Assembly: GCA_046994005.1 (NCBI GenBank)
Contig: JBKXCY010000001.1
Span: forward strand, 1 to 44,485
Origin: Streptococcus sp.
GTDB lineage: Bacteria > Bacillota > Bacilli > Lactobacillales > Streptococcaceae
Direction: 5' to 3'
DNA length: 44,485 nt
Below are positions 42,137-44,485 of this stretch, one piece after another. The notes beneath the pieces were generated by a model. The model was given only the letters and a program-made list of their open reading frames with translations, searched no databases and was not told where the DNA came from. The translations under genes and the position numbers were made by a program. How positions within the stretch are numbered: position 1 is the stretch's first letter; each line of letters opens with the position of its first letter.

Positions 42137-43720
42137 CTATAAGGTAATAACGTGATCAAACTCTTCCAATATTTCTGGATTTTGATCATGAGTAATGACA
42201 ATAACAATTGCATCTTTAATGGATAGAATGTAATCCATTATTTCTTTTGCTTTTATTGGATCAAGGTTACTTGTAGGTTCGTCAAATATATAAACTGAAT
42301 ATGTTTTGACTAAAAACCTAGCTAAATCAATTCGTTGCTTTTCTCCTTCTGAAATGATTTTGTTTGATTGAGCTAGGTTTTTACGAAGGAAGTCTTCATT
42401 AAAACCTAAGGATTTTCTTAATTTTTCAGTTAAATGAAGGTTTCTAGCCAATTTGATATTCTCTAGAATATTACCTTCAATTAGAAAGTCATTTTTTTGC
42501 ACAAATGCAATATCTTTATATAACTCCTCTGAGGGAATATCAATATTCTGTTTTCCGTTGATTTTTATTTCTCCATCATAAAGATTTTTTGGATAATAAT
42601 TTAGTATTAATTTTACTAAAGTTGTTTTCCCAGTTCCTGAAGCACCGATAATCGCATAGCGCTTACCTTTTTTAAATTCATAGGAAAAATGATCAAATAA
42701 TATTCTATTTTCAATTTCATAATATAATTGGCTAATAGAAATAGTCGAAATGTTATCACAATCAATTGTACTTGTTTTATGGAAAGTTCCATGATTTGTC
42801 TCATATAGATTTTCTTGGATATTATCAATAATGGACTTGCTACTGCTGATTAAATTTTTATTGTAAAGAATAGATTGTAATGGAGCAAAAACACCGTTTA
42901 ATAATTGAATACTTGCTACTAGTAGTCCAATAGTCAGTAAGTTATTTCTTACAAAAAAGATACCAGCGACCATACAGGATAGTTGAGAGCCAAAACTTAG
43001 TAAAATTCCAGTAGTTGAAGCTAAGTCTTTTAAGAATTGATATGTTTTTCTGGACTCTTCAAATTCTAAACTGATTCCCTGAATTTTTTCTTGGGTCCAG
43101 CTTTGAATATTTAATAACTTAATTTGTTCAAAACCATTAATAAAGTTTGTCATTTTTGACAAATAGTGATTATTTTGTAGAGAATAATTATTAGTTGATT
43201 TAGTCATTAACTTTCCAGGAATTTGTGATAGAAAAATCGTTATACTCGACAATAAAAGAAAGACTAATGCTAATCGCCATTCTATATAAATAATAGCAAC
43301 CACACTCATGATAAGGCTCCCTAAATTTGCAATTAGAGAGATTTTAGGGATTAATAAATTTTCTTGAATAAGATCACTGTTTTTGGTGATATTATTTAAG
43401 AAATCTGAATGGTTACGGTTGTCAATTTGGTTAAATTCACGCGATAAATAATGTAATAAGAGACGCCTTTTTAGATCTAAAATAACTTTTTTTACATATT
43501 GGTTTTTAAGATAGGAATAGGAACAAGAAATCAAGAACCACAGTAAAATCGAACTTACACAAATAGTGATATGAAAGAGTAATCCACTATTTGAATTAGA
43601 TATACTATCAAGTATTCTTCCTAATTGGAGAGAGAAGAATGTCATTAAAAGAGCACTTGTCAGACTTAATAAAATAATCAAGAAATATAGTAATTTATAT
43701 TGTTTCATAATCTGGTTCAT
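42137..43720 (-). CDS. ABC exporter, fused permease/ATPase
   Basis: TM domain; GASGTGKT, ISEGEKQR (atypical signature), FDEPTSNLD and ITH motifs; convergent with rgg. Confidence 0.9.
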   Translation of the reverse strand: MNQIMKQYKLLYFLIILLSLTSALLMTFFSLQLGRILDSISNSNSGLLFHITICVSSILLWFLISCSYSYLKNQYVKKVILDLKRRLLLHYLSREFNQIDNRNHSDFLNNITKNSDLIQENLLIPKISLIANLGSLIMSVVAIIYIEWRLALVFLLLSSITIFLSQIPGKLMTKSTNNYSLQNNHYLSKMTNFINGFEQIKLLNIQSWTQEKIQGISLEFEESRKTYQFLKDLASTTGILLSFGSQLSCMVAGIFFVRNNLLTIGLLVASIQLLNGVFAPLQSILYNKNLISSSKSIIDNIQENLYETNHGTFHKTSTIDCDNISTISISQLYYEIENRILFDHFSYEFKKGKRYAIIGASGTGKTTLVKLILNYYPKNLYDGEIKINGKQNIDIPSEELYKDIAFVQKNDFLIEGNILENIKLARNLHLTEKLRKSLGFNEDFLRKNLAQSNKIISEGEKQRIDLARFLVKTYSVYIFDEPTSNLDPIKAKEIMDYILSIKDAIVIVITHDQNPEILEEFDHVITL

Positions 43721-43751
43721 ATCTTACTCCTTAAGTAACTCTGATGAGAAT

Positions 43752-43800
43752 ATTATAATCCAAATATGAAAATCAGAAACAAACCTCCCGTATTTGGGAC
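43752..43800 (-). promoter_or_regulatory. ABC-gene promoter with putative Rgg box
   Basis: -10 TATAAT (43752-43757) with no consensus -35; TCCC-GTATTT-GGGA palindrome at 43786-43799. Confidence 0.45.
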
Positions 43801-43880
43801 GCACTGAATAGTTTACACTAAATATAAAAAAATTATAAAATAATTATTTTTTAAAATAAGAGGAGAACTCATATTTTTAT

Positions 43881-43974
43881 TTATACTCAATGAAAATCAA
43901 AGAGCAAACTAGTAAACTAGCCGCAGGTTGCTCAAAACACTGTTTTAAGGTTGAAATGGAACTGACGTAGTCAG
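43881..43974 (-). repeat. Truncated BOX element (boxB-boxC, boxA missing)
   Basis: TTATACTCAATGAAAATCAAAGAGCAAACTAG..CTAGCCGCAGGTTGCTCAAAACACTGTTTT..GGTTG..ACTGACG.AGTCAG. Confidence 0.85.
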
Positions 43975-43982
43975 TATCCTAA

Positions 43983-44120
43983 ATTAGAACGACTGGAATT
44001 GGGCTAAAAATTTCAAAACAAATTGTTGATTTGCATCAGGGCTCTATTTCGTTTGCTAGTGTCCAAAATGAATTCTTTGAAAGTATCATTTCACTTCCGA
44101 TTTTCAACATTACCAATTAG
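43983..44120 (+). pseudogene. C-terminal fragment of a sensor histidine kinase
   Basis: TTGIGLKISKQIVDLHQGSI...ISLP* (HATPase G2 box); followed by its terminator 44122-44163. Confidence 0.75.
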
Positions 44121-44232
44121 ATAAAAAAATGGAGAAGAACCATTAGAGTCTTCTCCATTTTATTCATCTTTTCTTCCACTTATACCCTGTCTAGAAAAAA
44201 TAATACACTATTATTATTTTACATTAACAATA

Positions 44233-44485
44233 TCACTGTTCAACAGGTAAGAAATTCCCAACAATAATCCCTACAATTCTAGGATCTTCATCATACGAAA
44301 GAAAAATATCTCGATATTTTGGATTGATAGAAACTAATCGTAAACCCTGTTCTTCCTGGTAAACTCTTTTAATGTATGTCTGATTATTACAGACTACTGC
44401 ATATACTGCACCATCATAATCAAACCCTGTTTCACGAATGAGAGCCACAGAGCCATTTTGATATTTGGGTTCCATTGAGTCACCA
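44233..44485 (-). CDS. XRE/S24-peptidase (cI/LexA-like) repressor, C-terminal part; gene starts outside window
   Basis: GDSMEP...YIKR...LVSINPKY S24 catalytic motifs. Confidence 0.85.
   Translation of the reverse strand, partial: GDSMEPKYQNGSVALIRETGFDYDGAVYAVVCNNQTYIKRVYQEEQGLRLVSINPKYRDIFLSYDEDPRIVGIIVGNFLPVEQ

Overview
Chromosomal window from an oral Streptococcus (mitis/parasanguinis-like; an inference from gene content and repeats). The left ~19.4 kb is mostly core: glnR-glnA, rnjA-rpoY, tsaB-rimI-tsaD, azlCD and an HI0933-family flavoprotein. It also holds a nickel-pincer lactate racemase cluster (larA-B-C-D divergent from larR-larE). At 19400 a promoter and RBS drive only the first five codons (MMNMQ) of what looks like ybaB/ebfC, and an AT-rich composite island begins there and runs off the right edge. 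Three direct copies of a ~180-bp att-like sequence (19408, 31718, 38148) divide the island. Each copy starts at a TATGCAA core and carries an internal palindrome, TGGACAGT arm-type repeats and a hairpin. Module 1 is a lactose/tagatose-6-P locus (lacR, lacABCD, lacTFEG, lacX). Module 2 has an unknown protein with two C-terminal TM helices, a PlcR/Tpr-like regulator, a decayed LanC-like remnant, an ABC exporter and pezAT. Module 3 has small membrane peptides, a lipoprotein, IS remnants, an unannotated SHP pheromone with its Rgg, an ABC exporter, a partial BOX element and an S24 repressor. The best candidate for an undescribed system is this integron-like tandem accretion of cassettes at the ebfC 5' end. 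No integrase is visible in the window.
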